Positions 47,144 to 60,500 of a stretch of DNA of 64,000 nucleotides are shown here, in pieces. Positions within the stretch are counted from its first letter, which is position 1; each line of letters starts with the position of its first letter. The stretch is from assembly GCA_003971905.1 (NCBI GenBank), contig RSEE01000020.1, positions 1-64,000 of the forward strand, written 5' to 3'. Both the position numbers and the translations under genes were made by a program. A model generated the notes under the pieces. That model ran no database searches, was not told where the DNA came from, and worked only from the letters and a program-made list of their open reading frames with translations. This DNA comes from Moniliella sp. 'wahieum'. Lineage: Eukaryota.

Positions 47144-48899
47144 ATGGCCCCGCTCAAGTCGTCTGCCTTCTCCCGCCGCCCGCGTGTCGGCCAGCTTGGC
47201 CCGCGCCTCAAGCAGGCCCTCCCGCACAAGGGACACAAAGCCAGCACCCTCCTCCGTCCTTGCCTTATCCCTCCCCTCCCGCGCCCGGCGGCCGCGGCGC
47301 CATTGCTCCCCACTCCTCTCCCTGCGCCGGCCCCGCTTCCGATGCCCCGGCCGATTTGCAATCTGCCGCGCCGGCGCCATGCCACCGGCGCTGTTCCTCA
47401 TCGGACGCCTGGTGGCGCAGCAGCACCACCTGCCGCCATTGCCACCGCTTCCACGGTTGTACCCGCCACTACGCCCCCTCCCGTGCTGCGAAAGCGCGCG
47501 AATGAGAACGTCTTTGCCACTTTTGGTACACCAGCACCCAAACGGCACCAAGTGAAGCATGCTCGCATCGCTGAAAACAACAATACCACCCATTATTTCT
47601 CACCCTATCCCAGTGAAAATCCAAGCGTACGTCCTCTCTCCCCTACATGCGCCCATAACGTGGAAGCTAACTCTGATATTCACGTGCAGCCTGCGGTTGC
47701 CGACGAGGTGCAAGCCGACCCAATGGAACTGGACAATCTCGCCAGCATTGGTGGCACCCAAGTCATTGGCCCCGTCCTGCGTTTTTCTCGGAGCGACAGC
47801 TGCGCCTATCTTCTGGCGCAGCGATACATCATTACCGGGGACCGTGGCAAGACCCCCTATGGACACGCAATGCTGGCCCATGACATGGTCACCAACCAAG
47901 AGGTGGTGATCAATGTCAGCCACACCGCTACCGACATGCGTGCCGAGAGCATGCGCCAGGCCCGGATCCTGCATGCAGTGGGAGCCATGAAGCCGGACGT
48001 CATTGGCTGGGTGCACGTGCGCGAGGTGTTTCTCTACAACCACGACCGCCTTTGCATCGTGTTTGACAGCAAGGCTTGCACGCTGGACAGCTTTATCAAG
48101 CACGATCTCCACGGACGTGGGCTCCCACTGGAGCACATCCAGGCCATCATGAAGCAACTCCTCCTCTTTCTCGCCTCTCTTCATGACCAGGGCTTCGTCC
48201 ATGGCAATCTGACCGCAGAACACATTCGGTTCGACAGCACCGCCGCAGCTCTCATCCCCATTCCCTCCAAGAATGGCGAGGTGGTTCCGTTCCTCTCTTC
48301 GCCAATGGTCCACATGACTGGTGCGGTAACATCCGCATTCGTCCCAGCACCAAACCGAGTGCGCTTCCCAAGGCCTACCTTCCACCCGAGGCCCTGCTTG
48401 GCACACACGCCTGGTCGGCTCCCCTCGACATGTGGGCAGCTGGGTGTGTGATGCTGGAGATGATGACGGCAAGCTGCCATTTGGACCCCATCAGCGCGAT
48501 GTCTGGCCAACGCAGGAGGCGTACAACCAGTACAAAGCAGAGAAGCATGCCTTTGAGGCCAGCGACACACCCCTCTTGGCGCAGATGCAGAGTGCGCTGG
48601 GTGTGATGCCCAACAGCCTGCTGGCCAATCTTCCGGCCGACAAGCGTCAGCAGCTCTTCTTCCCCGATGGCACTGTGCGCACCACCAAGCCGATCCCATC
48701 CACCCCACTTTCTCGGTACCAGTACCACCAGAACGAAGCAAAGTACATGACCTACGACATTTGCTTCCGGGACCTTGTCGATCAGCTTCTCGAGCCCGAC
48801 CCCAGTCTGCGCATCTCGGCCGAGCAGGCCTTGAAGCACCGCTTCTTTGACCTCCAACGCGGCACGGACTACCCACGCAACATTCACCTGCCGCAGTAA
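47144..48899 (+). CDS. Divergent CMGC (CLK/DYRK-like) kinase-fold protein, probable pseudokinase; frameshifted
   Basis: FLYNHDRLCIVFD, LPLEHIQAIMKQLLLFLASLH, HGNLTAEHI (HxD loop), YLPPEALLG..WSAPLDMWAAGCVMLEMMT, FRDLVDQLLEPDPSLRISAEQALKHRFF. Confidence 0.8.
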
Positions 48900-49817
48900 C
48901 CGCTATCCGGTTTACTTTTAGGTTTCCACGGCCCAGCGCCCGACCACACAATCCAGTCGGGCATTATGCCGAGTGTATGGAAGGAAGATGTCCAATACTC
49001 CTATTGTGTACCCCACGCCAACCTAATGGGTTGGCAATATGTGGGGCGTGGGCCCCTCTCTCCTGATAAGCGATGAGAAGGACAGATTTAACTAACGAGG
49101 TCGAGCACATCGCTCCCTCGGCCCTGCCTCAGGGTTAATCGACCTATTACTCTTCTACGCCATTATTGGAGCATACAACGACCAAATCATTTGGTCCTTC
49201 CGGTCAAGTGCCGGGCGGTTCCGACCCCGTCACGGGAACCGGATCATTTTACTTCTGTTCTCCTTTTTCCCTTTCCCATACCGCGGGGCTATCGTATGGA
49301 ATTGAATTGTCTTCGGACTGTGATGATGGATGAAACGAATCCCCTCTTTCGTAGTGAGCTAGTGATACCACAACCACCGGCAGCAGTCTGTATGTAGAAC
49401 GTGTACATACGTACTATGGAGGTGATTCTGGCAAGCTCTTGTACTAATGCCAAAACCCGTATATGACAGCTCAACCAAATATTCGGGCATTGCATGTGCT
49501 AGCTGCTTCTTTCTATCCCTTTAACCAATTTGACCGGGGAGGGGACAAACGGAGACTGAACCGGGATACGATCGATGTTTAGTACGACTATGTACTCCAA
49601 ACACACTAGTATACATGTACTAGGGTAGCCGCGGGTTCTCTGGCTTCCCTCCTCTCATCGCTTTTTTTCGCATCTGTGGGGCACAGAGCGAGCTACATTC
49701 TGGTACATCCTGCCTGAATAACACGTCCATCCCTTCAACGGTTTCCATCCCAGTCCAATGCAGTAGCTAGGCTGGCAGTCGACCTGGGTGCATTATCCAA
49801 ATACAGCTTTCCGATGC

Positions 49818-52800
49818 TCAGGGCGGTGGGGGCGCAGGAGGAACGGAACCACCAACACCATGAACAGGTGAAGTTGCCATCGTACCCAAGACCTCACCCG
49901 CTGGCGGCGGCACAGGAGACGCTGCCACAGACGCTGCGGCTGGCACAGATGAACAGGGATGGCGACCCTGTCGAAGCGAGCCCGGACGACACACTCGACT
50001 TGGCCTTCTTGGTGGCCAGGATGAGCAGCTTCCGTTGGGCGGGCGAGAGCTTGGTTACATCCAATTTCTGCCCCGCTGCAGCATGGCAATCAAGCCCGCC
50101 GCTTCCGGGTGGCCTTTAAGCGCGTCCAACGGGGAGGATTTGGCTTTGGGCGTGGAAGAAGAAGCGGGTGCGGGCAACACAGCAGACTTGATGGAGCTGC
50201 TTGCTCCAGCGGTCGCAGACGCGTCGGGAGCGCTCCCAAGTGAGGAAGCAGTCTGAGAGGACAATGCCACAGTAGGAACATCCAACCCAGGTGGGGGCAA
50301 GGAGGTCGAGGAAGGTAATGGCGCATTCTTCGGGGACAGAGAGGAGCTATCCCTCGCAAGAGCGGGCGCCACGGAAGAAGGCGGGGTTGGCGACAGCCTC
50401 TGCCCGAGTGCGGTTGCTGGCACAGGTGCAGGTGCAGGTGCAGGTGCAGGTGCAGGTGCAGGTGCAGGTGTAGGTCCAGGTGCTGGTGCCGCTGCTGACA
50501 CAACGTCCACAGCTTCTTCCTGTGCAGGTCCCCCCTCTGCTTCCGGGGTTGCTACCAGTGGCGGGAGAGAAAGTTCTGCTCGACTTGAATCCACAGTGGG
50601 GACGGAAGAGGGGAGGGGAGAAGCGCTCGTCCTTGCTGTTGGATCCGTGGGGGGTACGGGAGGGGGAAGGGGCTGAGCTCCCACAGCGGCAGGCACCGGA
50701 TGGACCGCAGAAACTGTCGTGAGAGGGGGAGTCACAGCCGGCAGCTTTGAAGCTGCTGTACCTGACGATGTGGCGGGTGTGTTGTCCGCTACTGAAGGAG
50801 GCTCAACTGGAGGACCTAAGGAAGTGTGGTGGCCACGGGAACTGCTGGACCGGCACCAAGAGGGGCCCCTGAGGGTGCAGGAATCGATACCGGAGTAGAC
50901 ACCTTAGGTGATCCTGGAGCAGGGGACTCTTCGTATGGCGCTTCTTCTTCTTCTTGATGCGATGACGTAGGTATACCTTAAGGCGTTCCTGTACGTTGGC
51001 CAGAGCAGCGGTAAACCCTTTCGCTTCAAGCGCTTGAACTTCCTCCGCCGACAGGGGGAACACATCCGGATTCAAGTAGAGCGTCCCTTCGTGCACAACC
51101 AACGGTGGACCAGAGAGTAGTTTCTCCAGTTGCCCCTGTGGTGCGGCAGCATGAGCAGAAGAGGAGGAGGTCCGACAATGATCTTAATTTGGCCTTCGGT
51201 CATGGGCGCGGCGGGAGTGGCGGGCGCAGGTACGGGAGCGACGGAGGTGGGGACCCAGTCCGCAGGGACTTCGACGGGGGAATGGGCGATCTGGCAGGAA
51301 CAGCAAGGCTCGTGGCGGGAGCGGGAGATGCCTTCGTGGCTGGTGGAAGAGAAGGAGATCCAGCGTCGTGTTGTGATTTAGCCCACTGCCCAGCAGGGGT
51401 AGAAGCGAGAGCGTAAAACACACCCTTTCTTTGGGTACTGTCCTCGGGCGTCCGCGGGACCCTCACCACATCCTTAGCAGAGGTGAGAGCATGACGGATG
51501 GCACTGTGCCAATCATGCCCGTTTGCCCGGTTGTGGGTACGGTACCACGACCATTTGTCCGCAATCCAGTCGTATAGTTCATGCAACGTCATCTTACCTC
51601 CTTTCTGGGTTGCTTGCGGCGAACCCAATGCCATTGTGACAAGGACTTGGTTGGAGATCGCTGGGCGGTCATCAGGTGGTCCCGGCGCACTGAGCGACGC
51701 ACCAGGGAGGAAGGAGGGCAAGGATGGCATCCCCATTCCTCCTACGCCTCCCATGGTAAGGAAATGGATATCCAAAAGGCATAGTGGGGAACATTCCGGG
51801 TCCAAACATAGGTGGGAACCCCATCTGCGACCCCATCCAAGGAGGCACCTCGGGCTTGTCGGGTCGGAGGGGGACAGCCTTGGGAAGTGGCAAATCTGTA
51901 GGGGGAGATGCAGAAGGAAGAGACGACGGTTGCTCACCGGAGAAGGGATGCTCCCAACAGTTGCGGAAGTAGCTGTTGAGTCCACTTCGAGGCGAGTTTT
52001 CTCCTTCTCCTTCTTCTCCAGAGGCCCATCTTTATCCTTGAGAGTGAGCTTGTCCTTGTTCTTGACGGAAGTCTTGGCATAAGCGGGTTCTTATCATGCC
52101 CTTCTCTTTGCCCTTCTCTTTCTCCTTCTCCAAGTCCTCTCTTTGGCGGGACTTTTTGCTTATCCTTGCTGGCACTTTGTCCTGGGCGCCCACCTTCTCC
52201 TTCTCCGTCGCAGTCTTCTTCCGCTCCCGCTCCCTCCTCTCGCGATTGGCCTTGCGCCGCGCCGCGTCGACGGCCTCGATACCAATAGGCTCTCCGACGC
52301 GAGGGACATGGCTATCATCCTTGTCCGTACGTTTCCTCTTGCGCGAAGTGCCGTTGCTCTTTCCTTTGTCCTTGTCCTTCTCTTCCTTGACTTTAGCATC
52401 TTTGTCCTTCGGGTACTTCCCCTTCTCGTCCTCCTCCTCCTTCAAAGGTCGTGCAGGCTTGGCACGCTTCTTAAGCCGTAGTTTCGGTTCCTTACAAGGG
52501 GGAGGAGCAGACCGCTCATCAGCCATCTCTCCTTCAGAGAGAGAGAGTCCCCGCTACCAATCGAAACAGACCTAATGCTCGATTGGGGGAGCGAGTCGCT
52601 GTCTTCCTGCTCTTGGACAGGAAGGAGGGGGGCGACAGTGCTTCGGGCTCAGGTGGAGGGAGCACAAAGTAAAACACGCGCTCCGAGATCTGGACCTTGG
52701 TTCTTGGCATGAAGTCAGTCTTGACCGAAACAGAAAAGAGGGGGGGATGCATACCGGTTGGAAAGCAATACACAAGTGCCGCGATCGTGATAAACGTCAT

Positions 52801-53338
52801 CCACGAACGCACCGTTTCGTCCGAGGACTTGAAAAACAAAAGCACCATCTGGCAAGGCTGGACCAAGTTCCTCCTCTTCCACGCGTCGGGGACCAGGCGG
52901 ATGGGGCAAGGGCACCCCTGCAGGCGAATAAATATGCGTGCATGGTGTCGGGAGATGGACTTGAGCGGTCCCAGGTCCACATCCACCCCGCCTTCTACGC
53001 GGGAGCCGGTGATCCTCTGGGCCGGGGGCGGGGAAGGTGCGGTGCCGGGGCGCCGGCCAATAAGGACATCGAGGGTCTGAAGGTAATAGGAGAAGCCGGG
53101 AAACTCGAGTTTGGCATACGCCTGGATCTGCTCGCCCTCGGGCTGGGGCAGTTGGGTGGGAATGGGCAGGTCGTCGAGAGCAGCGATTGATTCGGCCTCC
53201 AGGTCGTCGGGCGGGTCGTCGGGCGGGGTCGTGCAGGTCGCGGAGCGACGCGTGCCCACTGGCGGGCGGGGGCATGGGTGGAGGCAGCGGCAGGGGTGCC
53301 GGCACGGGGCTCCCGCGGGGCTGCGGCGGGCTGGACAT
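49818..53338 (-). CDS. FHL1: FHA plus forkhead transcription factor (Fhl1-like); intron ~52754-52703; frameshifted
   Basis: IQAYAKLEFPGFSYYLQTLDVLIGRRP, VDLGPLKSISRHHARIF, VLGRNGAFVDD, VFYFVLP (FHA); forkhead MTLHELYDWIADKWSWYR...WHSAIRHALT; Pro/Ala-rich tail with stop at 49818. Confidence 0.85.
50424..50470 (-). repeat. (GGTGCA)n coding microsatellite giving (Ala-Pro)n in the FHL1-like gene
   Basis: Tandem aggtgc units; translation PAPAPAPAPAPAPAP. Confidence 0.9.
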
Positions 53339-54030
53339 GCGCGCGATGGCGACGCGGACGGAGCAGGCTAGATGGTGGCAGTGAGTGTGCGACCGCTGAG
53401 AGGCACGCGTTGGGTGGGACGGCCTGCTGAATCTGGCGTCGGGGCGGCGATGGTGATACAGACGTGATGCACGCTGCCTCGCCTGTAGCCTAGTGGGCCG
53501 GGCGGAATGGGCCGATGTTTGGCGTTCCGCCCCTGAAACTTTTCCGCCGCCACGTGACATCTTGTTGGCCGGTTCCAACGTCCTCTCCCGTTCAAGGATG
53601 GCGCAGATTGCGAATGGCTCTCCCTGTTTTCTTTTGGGTTGCTCATATGGTGTGGCAGCAATTGCAATGCACAACCCGCTAGAGAGGACGCACAAGCGGG
53701 GAGCACAACCCATGTCCGCCTTTTGCCATTCTCCCGCTCGTCCGTATAGGCGTTTGACGTGTGCGTCAGTACGTCTCCATCCATTTCTTACTTACAATCC
53801 GTTCTGTGGCCGCAACATATACGTTGTGTATGCTGGCGCAAGCGGTCATCAAACAAAGAATACACACCATCGATGAGCAGTGGATCAATAAAGACAAAGG
53901 GAGAGAAAATGTACCCAAAAGAAGATTCCACAACCCACAATACCCTTATGTTGTGGTCATATCATGCGGAGCCTGTGATGAATACCGGCCCACAAGGCCA
54001 TTCTCTCTCCTCTTGCATCACACACACCTC

Positions 54031-56037
54031 TTATGACCAGAGCCAGGCTACCAAGCGCATCCATCGCTTTGGTGGACGAGGAACGTCTTCCGGGTGGCCG
54101 TGGTGGAACTGTGACAGCCACGGCTGGAGAGGTACGTCAGCCAGTGGGATCCAGTCCCACCCCGACCACACCAACTGGTATCCCACCAGAATAAGGATGT
54201 TAAACACCGGGCTGGCATAGGCACTAAGCAGCGTCTTGACCTCAAACTTGCCAGGGATAAAGAGTTTCACCCCGCCCGACAACAATAGAAATATGCACCC
54301 AACGCACTCAACCAGTGCCACATAACCGCAATATGGCTGTAATGGTGTCGCCCAGGGAAGGGAAGTGCGTTCGATACCTTGGGCTCGTTGGGCACGATAT
54401 ACATGCAAAAAGGTAATGGAGATACAGACCATGTGTAGAGCATGGCCGATTGGTCGCAGCCATAAGATAGCTGAACACCTCGGCAGCGGTAGAAGAGAGT
54501 TGTATAAGCAAGACCAATACCGAAAGCAGCACACCCACCGCGTAGTAGGGCACACCAAACCGGTGCACCTTAAGGAAGAAGTGAGGTAGCACTTCATCTT
54601 GGGCCAGGACCATGATACTCGTGAACCACCCATTAGGCTTGCCGTGCTCCACGCAGAGATGATGATGCCGACCTCAATGATCGAAGGGAGAACACGGTAT
54701 CCCGCTCGCTGGGCCGCAATCACAAATGGTGACTGGTTTCTACTGCCTCCCAGAAGGAAGGGGTCATTGCTACTGACAAGCACTCCGGCAGCCAAGGCAA
54801 GCAGGTCGTAAATAACGAAAATCCGGATAAAGACGCGAAAATTGCACGTCTTGTGTGTATCGAGGGGAAGTGGTCTCTGCAGCGGCCAGGGCAGTGGCCT
54901 CACACCCTCCCATTGCATATACACACGGGGATAGGGCAACTCATAGTGCTAGAAGGCGCCCAGCTCCGTTGGATAGAAAGTAGGTTTTCATCGGGCCGGG
55001 CTCACGCCAATAATGGAATCCCAAAAGCGTGGTCGTCGAACCGCTTCCCAGGTCGATGCATAATGAGAAAATGAGGATGAAGATCACCATGCAGAGCTTG
55101 AAGAGTGCGAATAGGAACTCCATCTCGGCCCAGATCCTTACCACTTCTCATACCCGTCAGAATATTGCTTTGCTGATGTATGAATGGCAATAAAAACAAA
55201 GGAAGAGGGTGGTGAGGTGGCGGCAAGAGGAAATACATACTAAATATGTTGGCAAGAAGCATGAGGAAAGCAAAAACGGTTACCCAAACGGCAGGACTTA
55301 CCCCTGTCCAGAATTGGACGAGCACGACGCAAGAGGCAACCTCGCTGGCCATTCCGACGAACGTTGAATAGATCAGGTTGATACCCAAAGCGACCCCAAA
55401 AGCAGGGGAAACAAACATGCCGGCGTGCCGAAGATGGCTTCCAGTCACAGGGGCGAGGCAGGCAATTTCCCCTAAACACAGCATGGTGCAGGCGACTATG
55501 ACCCCCCAAAGATAAAAGAGAGAGAAGTGAGAGGGGCCCTGCAACAAGCAGGGGGTGGGCGATGCCGAGCCAAGCTGCGTACCCACTACTCCCCGAAAGA
55601 GCAACCATCTGTACATGTCGGTCTTGGATCCCCACTCGTAGGTCGTCAGAACGAAAGAGACTGTTCTCACCTTGTTCGAATTCGGACGTGTCGCCCCACT
55701 CTCTCTTGGGCCCAGCAAATTTGTCCAACGCCTCGGTCAAGCCGTCCAGCTTCTTGGATTTAATATTGTTGCTGCTTTGCGCGAAAGTGCGTCTTCTTCA
55801 ACAGAGACGCTCTGTTGAAATGCGAGTGCAGTGAAAGTTGGCTCCTTCTCAAAGTCCTCTTCAGGAAGTCTTCCAACTTGAGTTGCAACGGCTTATGGTG
55901 CTCGGGCGAATGGAGTGTTACTTGGACCGGGGGGAGAGAAGAGAGATTGAGCTCTGTGGAGGGTGGGTGGAGGGGGTTATAACATGGACCGTCGCCACAG
56001 GACAGCTGCTGTGTAATGTAGGAGGATGCGAGCTCAT
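54031..56037 (-). CDS. APC/YAT-family amino acid permease; intron ~55239-55143; frameshifted
   Basis: IQDRHVQMVALSG, MLCLGEIA..P, FVSPAFGVALG, WAEMEFLFALFKL, LGFHYWREPG, SPFVIAAQRAG, FGVPYYAV, LPWATPLQPY. Start uncertain. Confidence 0.92.
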
Positions 56038-56773
56038 TTTCTCTTGAAAGGACGCAGGTGGGGCAGATGAAGAGAAAATATTCGCTGAGACCGCTTCCTC
56101 TCGGGTGTTGTTTTCAACACTGATACTGATGTAGGCAACGCCCACAACTGAGTGATTGGTGGTGAAGGTGGTATGTGCAGAAAACGAAAAGAGAAAAGGG
56201 ACTCGCGCCCACGAAGAGAAAAGTCAGATATATATATATGGAGAGAGACTCTTCTGATTGCCAACTGACAGCAGAGGGAGAGGACAATATCACGGCAACA
56301 GCCACTATACTGCAGAGGGAAGTGTCGTGAGGCAATAACGGTGACTCAGAAGATTGGTAGTGGCTTCTGAAAGCCTGTAAGTCCTGAAGCTGTATGGCGC
56401 GAGATAATCGATAACAGACAAAAAGTGCTCTTCTCTTCGATCATCGTTATCGATTTCTCGATCATTACCGTGTCAGCGAATATAGGCGGTGCGTTACGCT
56501 ACACGCGTATGAAATAGATGTGGCATTTTACGCACATTCGCATACATCCACTTGTACTTCTCTCGTGCGCATGCAGTATCCCTTCTTTTTGAATCCATAT
56601 CATTGACAGAGCTTATATCCCTTCTTTTCGTATGCATGCAGAGATTGAAAAGCTCCTCTCAGATCTCATTGGCCCCTGGACAGATATATAATGTACGTAG
56701 TATTAGTATTAGTCGCCTTTGCCCAACTATATGGCCTACATATTATTGTAGAGTGTGTTAGGCGATATATGTT

Positions 56774-56865
56774 TAAGGCCTAAGGCCTAAGGAGTGTGGA
56801 GTAAGAGCTAAATACAGAGTTGGCTCTCAAACGTCATCGATATAGGGTGTGACATGTGACGCGTG
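56774..56865. repeat. AGGCCT and ACATGT palindromic heptamer arrays in the divergent region between permease and tRNA-Ile
   Basis: taaggcctaaggcctaagg 56774-56792; gtgtgacatgtgacgcgtg ~56847-56865. Confidence 0.85.
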
Positions 56866-57082
56866 CTGCCTTCTTCAAAGACTTTTCTCGTCATATATAA
56901 GTCATAGCTCTCCTTTTGATGGGCCTCTCTTACTGTCTGGAGCGATACCCGCAGCATGGAAACCGATGGAATCGAGGTGGATCTGGTCTACGATTGGAAG
57001 CCGGAGCCATGTATATAGCCAACAGCGTCTACCAAAACATTCAAAGGATGATATATCTGAAGTCGCTGGCCCTTTCTAAACA

Positions 57083-57178
57083 GGTCGATTAGCTCAGTTG
57101 GTCAGAGCGTGGTACTAATACATCCGCTACGGAGTATCGGTTATGCCAAGGTCATGAGTTCAAGCCTCATATTGACCA
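57083..57178 (+). tRNA. tRNA-Ile(AAT) with 22-nt intron (57121-57142)
   Basis: GGTCGATTAGCTCAGTTGGTCAGAGCG-TGGTA-CT-AAT-A[intron]A-TGCCA-AGGTCATGAGTTCAAGCCTCATATTGACCA, followed by a T-run. Confidence 0.95.
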
Positions 57179-57577
57179 CTTTTTTCCTTTTCAAAACCAA
57201 AACCTTCCCCCACTTCATTTTCGACCCAATCCATGCACACATCTCGTTCACTGCGTCGGTAAACATCAGATGCAATGTAACGACCGAGTGATCGATGGCG
57301 GATGGTCCGCATCGATCGCCTGAAATGCTGGCCCAGCTGGCCTTCGACAGCCGACAACCACACTGAACATATGAAACCCAGACACGAAACACTGCCCCTG
57401 CGCTGGATGCGCGAGGAGCAACACTCACTGCCCGGGTGCCTGTGCGCCTGTGCGCCACCAGCGCATGCTGGCACAGGCGAGGCAGAGGAGGCGCTCCTGA
57501 GTTGTCAGAGCTGTGCGGCAGGTGTTGTTCTAGACGCGGCCGCCGCGCCCAACACCCAGCTGTGCTGCCCCACCACC

Positions 57578-60500
57578 ATGCCCACCGCCCTGCTATCGCC
57601 TCTGATCCTGCACAGGAAGCGGCATCGGACATGCCGCTCGTCCCGGCCGCGTCGGACCCCCCAGAGCCCCCGCAGGCGCCTACGCCCAAGGAGGCGCCAG
57701 GCAACGACGGGGCTCGCCGGCGACCGAGGAGGCCAACGCGGCCGAGCAGTCTGCCTCCGGCGCCCCCAAGGAGCATTCTGCCAGTCCTTCTGTCGATGTG
57801 CTGCCAGAGAGGACGAGCCGGTCGGCGCACAAGATGCTGCCGCTGCGCTTCCATCCGAGGAGAGCAGCGCCGCTGCTCAGGCGCCCCCGGCTTCAGCGAC
57901 CACAGAGGAGACCCCTCTGTCCCCGCCTCCGTCCAGCCAAGAAGCCCCTACCGAATCGACCACACTGCCCTCCGTCCCCGCCTTTGGCCTCGAGGTGGCC
58001 ACGGAGGACCCTTCCCTGATTTCTGCGCCGGCATCCGAGCCGTCTGCACCTGCTGCCACGGAGGGTTCGTCCGAGGTGGTCGAGTCGGACCCTGTCGCCC
58101 CGCCCAGCGATGCTCCCGAATCCGGCTCAACTTCCCCTCCCAAGTCGTCAGCCCCAACTGCACCCACTCCGCCCGTTGATGCCGGTGAGCCGCAGGCTAA
58201 GGTAGCAGAGCCGCCTGCTCAGCCCCCGATCGCCTCGAATGACGCTCCTGGGCATTCAGCCACGACTGCCTCCAAGTCGCCCAGCACCGTCCAGACTGAG
58301 GACATCAAGAGTCCAGGCCCACCCAAGGCCACAGGCGGGGACAAGGAGAAGACGGCAGAAAAGCCGACCAAGCCCCGTGTCAGTCGGGCTCCGTTGGCTC
58401 CGCGTCCTTCCGCCCGCCCCGCGGCTCCCTCGCTCGTTCGTCATGCGCGAACTTCCTCCGCCACACCTGCCGTCAGCACTACTGCCACCGGCGTCCGCGT
58501 TCGCCCCGCTGCCCGGCCCTCGACGACCACGACGGCCGCGGCTGGGACAAAGCATGGCCATTCCTCTGGCTCGGAGAACATGTCATCCCCCGCGCGTCGT
58601 CCCCTCACAACGCCCCGACCGTCCGTACGTCCTCGCACCGCGCCTGCCCCCGCTTCGACCACGCCGGCGGCCTCGGCATCCACCCCAGCACCCACTCGCA
58701 AGGTGGCAAGTTCCATCCCTTCCCACCGCGTCGCACGGCCGTCGGGATCGAAGGACGTACCGGTTCGTCGGGTGTTGGTGCGCAAGCCAGAGGAGAAACC
58801 GGCACCAGGCAAAGAGGAGAAGTCTGGTACCCCGCTTGCCAAGGAGAGCAAGCCCGCGCCCATTTCAACCAAGAGCACACTTAAGGAGGCCAAGACGGGC
58901 AAGCCCCTTTCCTCCGTTGCCACTGCCCGAGCCGAGGAGGTGAATCGCCTGCAGTCCGAATTGGCCGGAGCCAAAGAGACGATTGCCTCCCTCACGGACG
59001 AAAAGGAGACATACGTGGCCCAGGTGGCGGAGCAGCAGCGACTCCGTCAAGAGGTTGAGGCCCAACTTGCTCCTCTCCAAGAAGGCGAACAACAAGCCAA
59101 AGCGACAATTGAGAAGCTAGAGTCAGAGAGCGTGCCCTGGAAACGGCCCAAGCTGATCTCGAGTCGCAGAAGGACAAGATCAAGGAGGAAACCGAAGCCT
59201 TGCAGCAGGAGATTGAGCATTTGAAGACCCAACTTTCCGAGGCAGAGGGTAAGACGAAGGCCCAACAGGACGAGGTGGTCCGACTTCAGACTGAATTGGA
59301 GCAGGCCACAAGACCATTAACAGTCTCGAGGCCAAGGTGGAGGCTGGCCAGTCCCTTGCAAAGGAGCTGGTGGAGAAGCAAGCCCTGCTGGTTCAATTGC
59401 AAGATGAAGTGCACAAGAACGAAACGGACGCTGTTCGCATGAAAGAGACGGAGGCGAGCCTGACGTCCCAACTCGAAGCGAGCCAGGCCTCTCTTTCCCA
59501 AGCCCAAAAGGAAGCGGAAGGGCACACCACCAGACTTGCTACGATCACAAAGGAGCACGAGGACCAGCTCACGCAACAGAAGGAAACCACGCCTCTGCTC
59601 TGGCCAATGTCCAGACTGAACTGCAGACCGCCAACGACGACGCGGCGCACCTGCGCCAGGAGCTGGATAGTGCGCTCAAGTTGTCGGCCCAACGGGCAGG
59701 CGAGGTAGAGTCCCTCACGCTGAAGGCTAAGGAAGCCGAAGCCGGACTTAAGACGGCCATGGACAAGGCGCGGGAGGAGGCGCGAGCCGAGTTCAGTACC
59801 GAACTGGAGCACTTGCGCGAGACGGTAGCCGGGGAGCACCGTGCCTCGCTGGAAGCTCAGAGGGGAGAGATGGAGCGTCTGCGTCTCGAGGTCGAAGCGG
59901 CGGGCCAGGCGCGTGAGAAGGCACTGAAGGATGCCGAGACCAGGCGGCTGACTGACCAGGAGGCCTTCACGGCTGATCAAACTCGTTTCCAGAATACCCT
60001 CAAAGAATTGGAGGCCGAGGTCAAGCAGGCCAAGGAGGCCCATGCGAAAGCTGAGAGCAAAGTGGAGGAGGTGCAACGCCAGCTTGACGATGTGAAGAAG
60101 ACGCATCTGTCCCCAGCGGAGAAGGACAAGGTGAATGCCCAAGTGCTCGCACTCCAGGAGGAGGTGGAAACCCTCAAGGCCCAGGGAGGCAATAAGGAGA
60201 CCGAGTTGCAGGCGCGGATTGCCTCATTGGAGAAGGAACGAAAAGCGGCGGTGGAAGCGGCCGAGAAGAGAGCGGAAGAGCAGAGAAGGCCCAGAGTCAG
60301 CTCAAAGAGGCAGAGGAAAAGTTCCAAGCCCAGCTCAAGCAGGCCGAGGAAACCATCAAGGTACGTATTTTGGTCACACTGCCGGGCTATAACAGATGAT
60401 AAAGAAACTGACTTCGCGTGTCTGCAGTCCACTCGGGAGCAGCTGGCAGACATGACGCTCGAACGGGACGGACTGATCCACACTCCCCCCCCACCCGCAC

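Noticed and set aside
49590..49625. Near-palindrome ctagtatacatgtactag as a Helitron 3' end
   Set aside because: No GC-rich hairpin at the expected distance from a CTRR end and no matching 5' TC terminus identified
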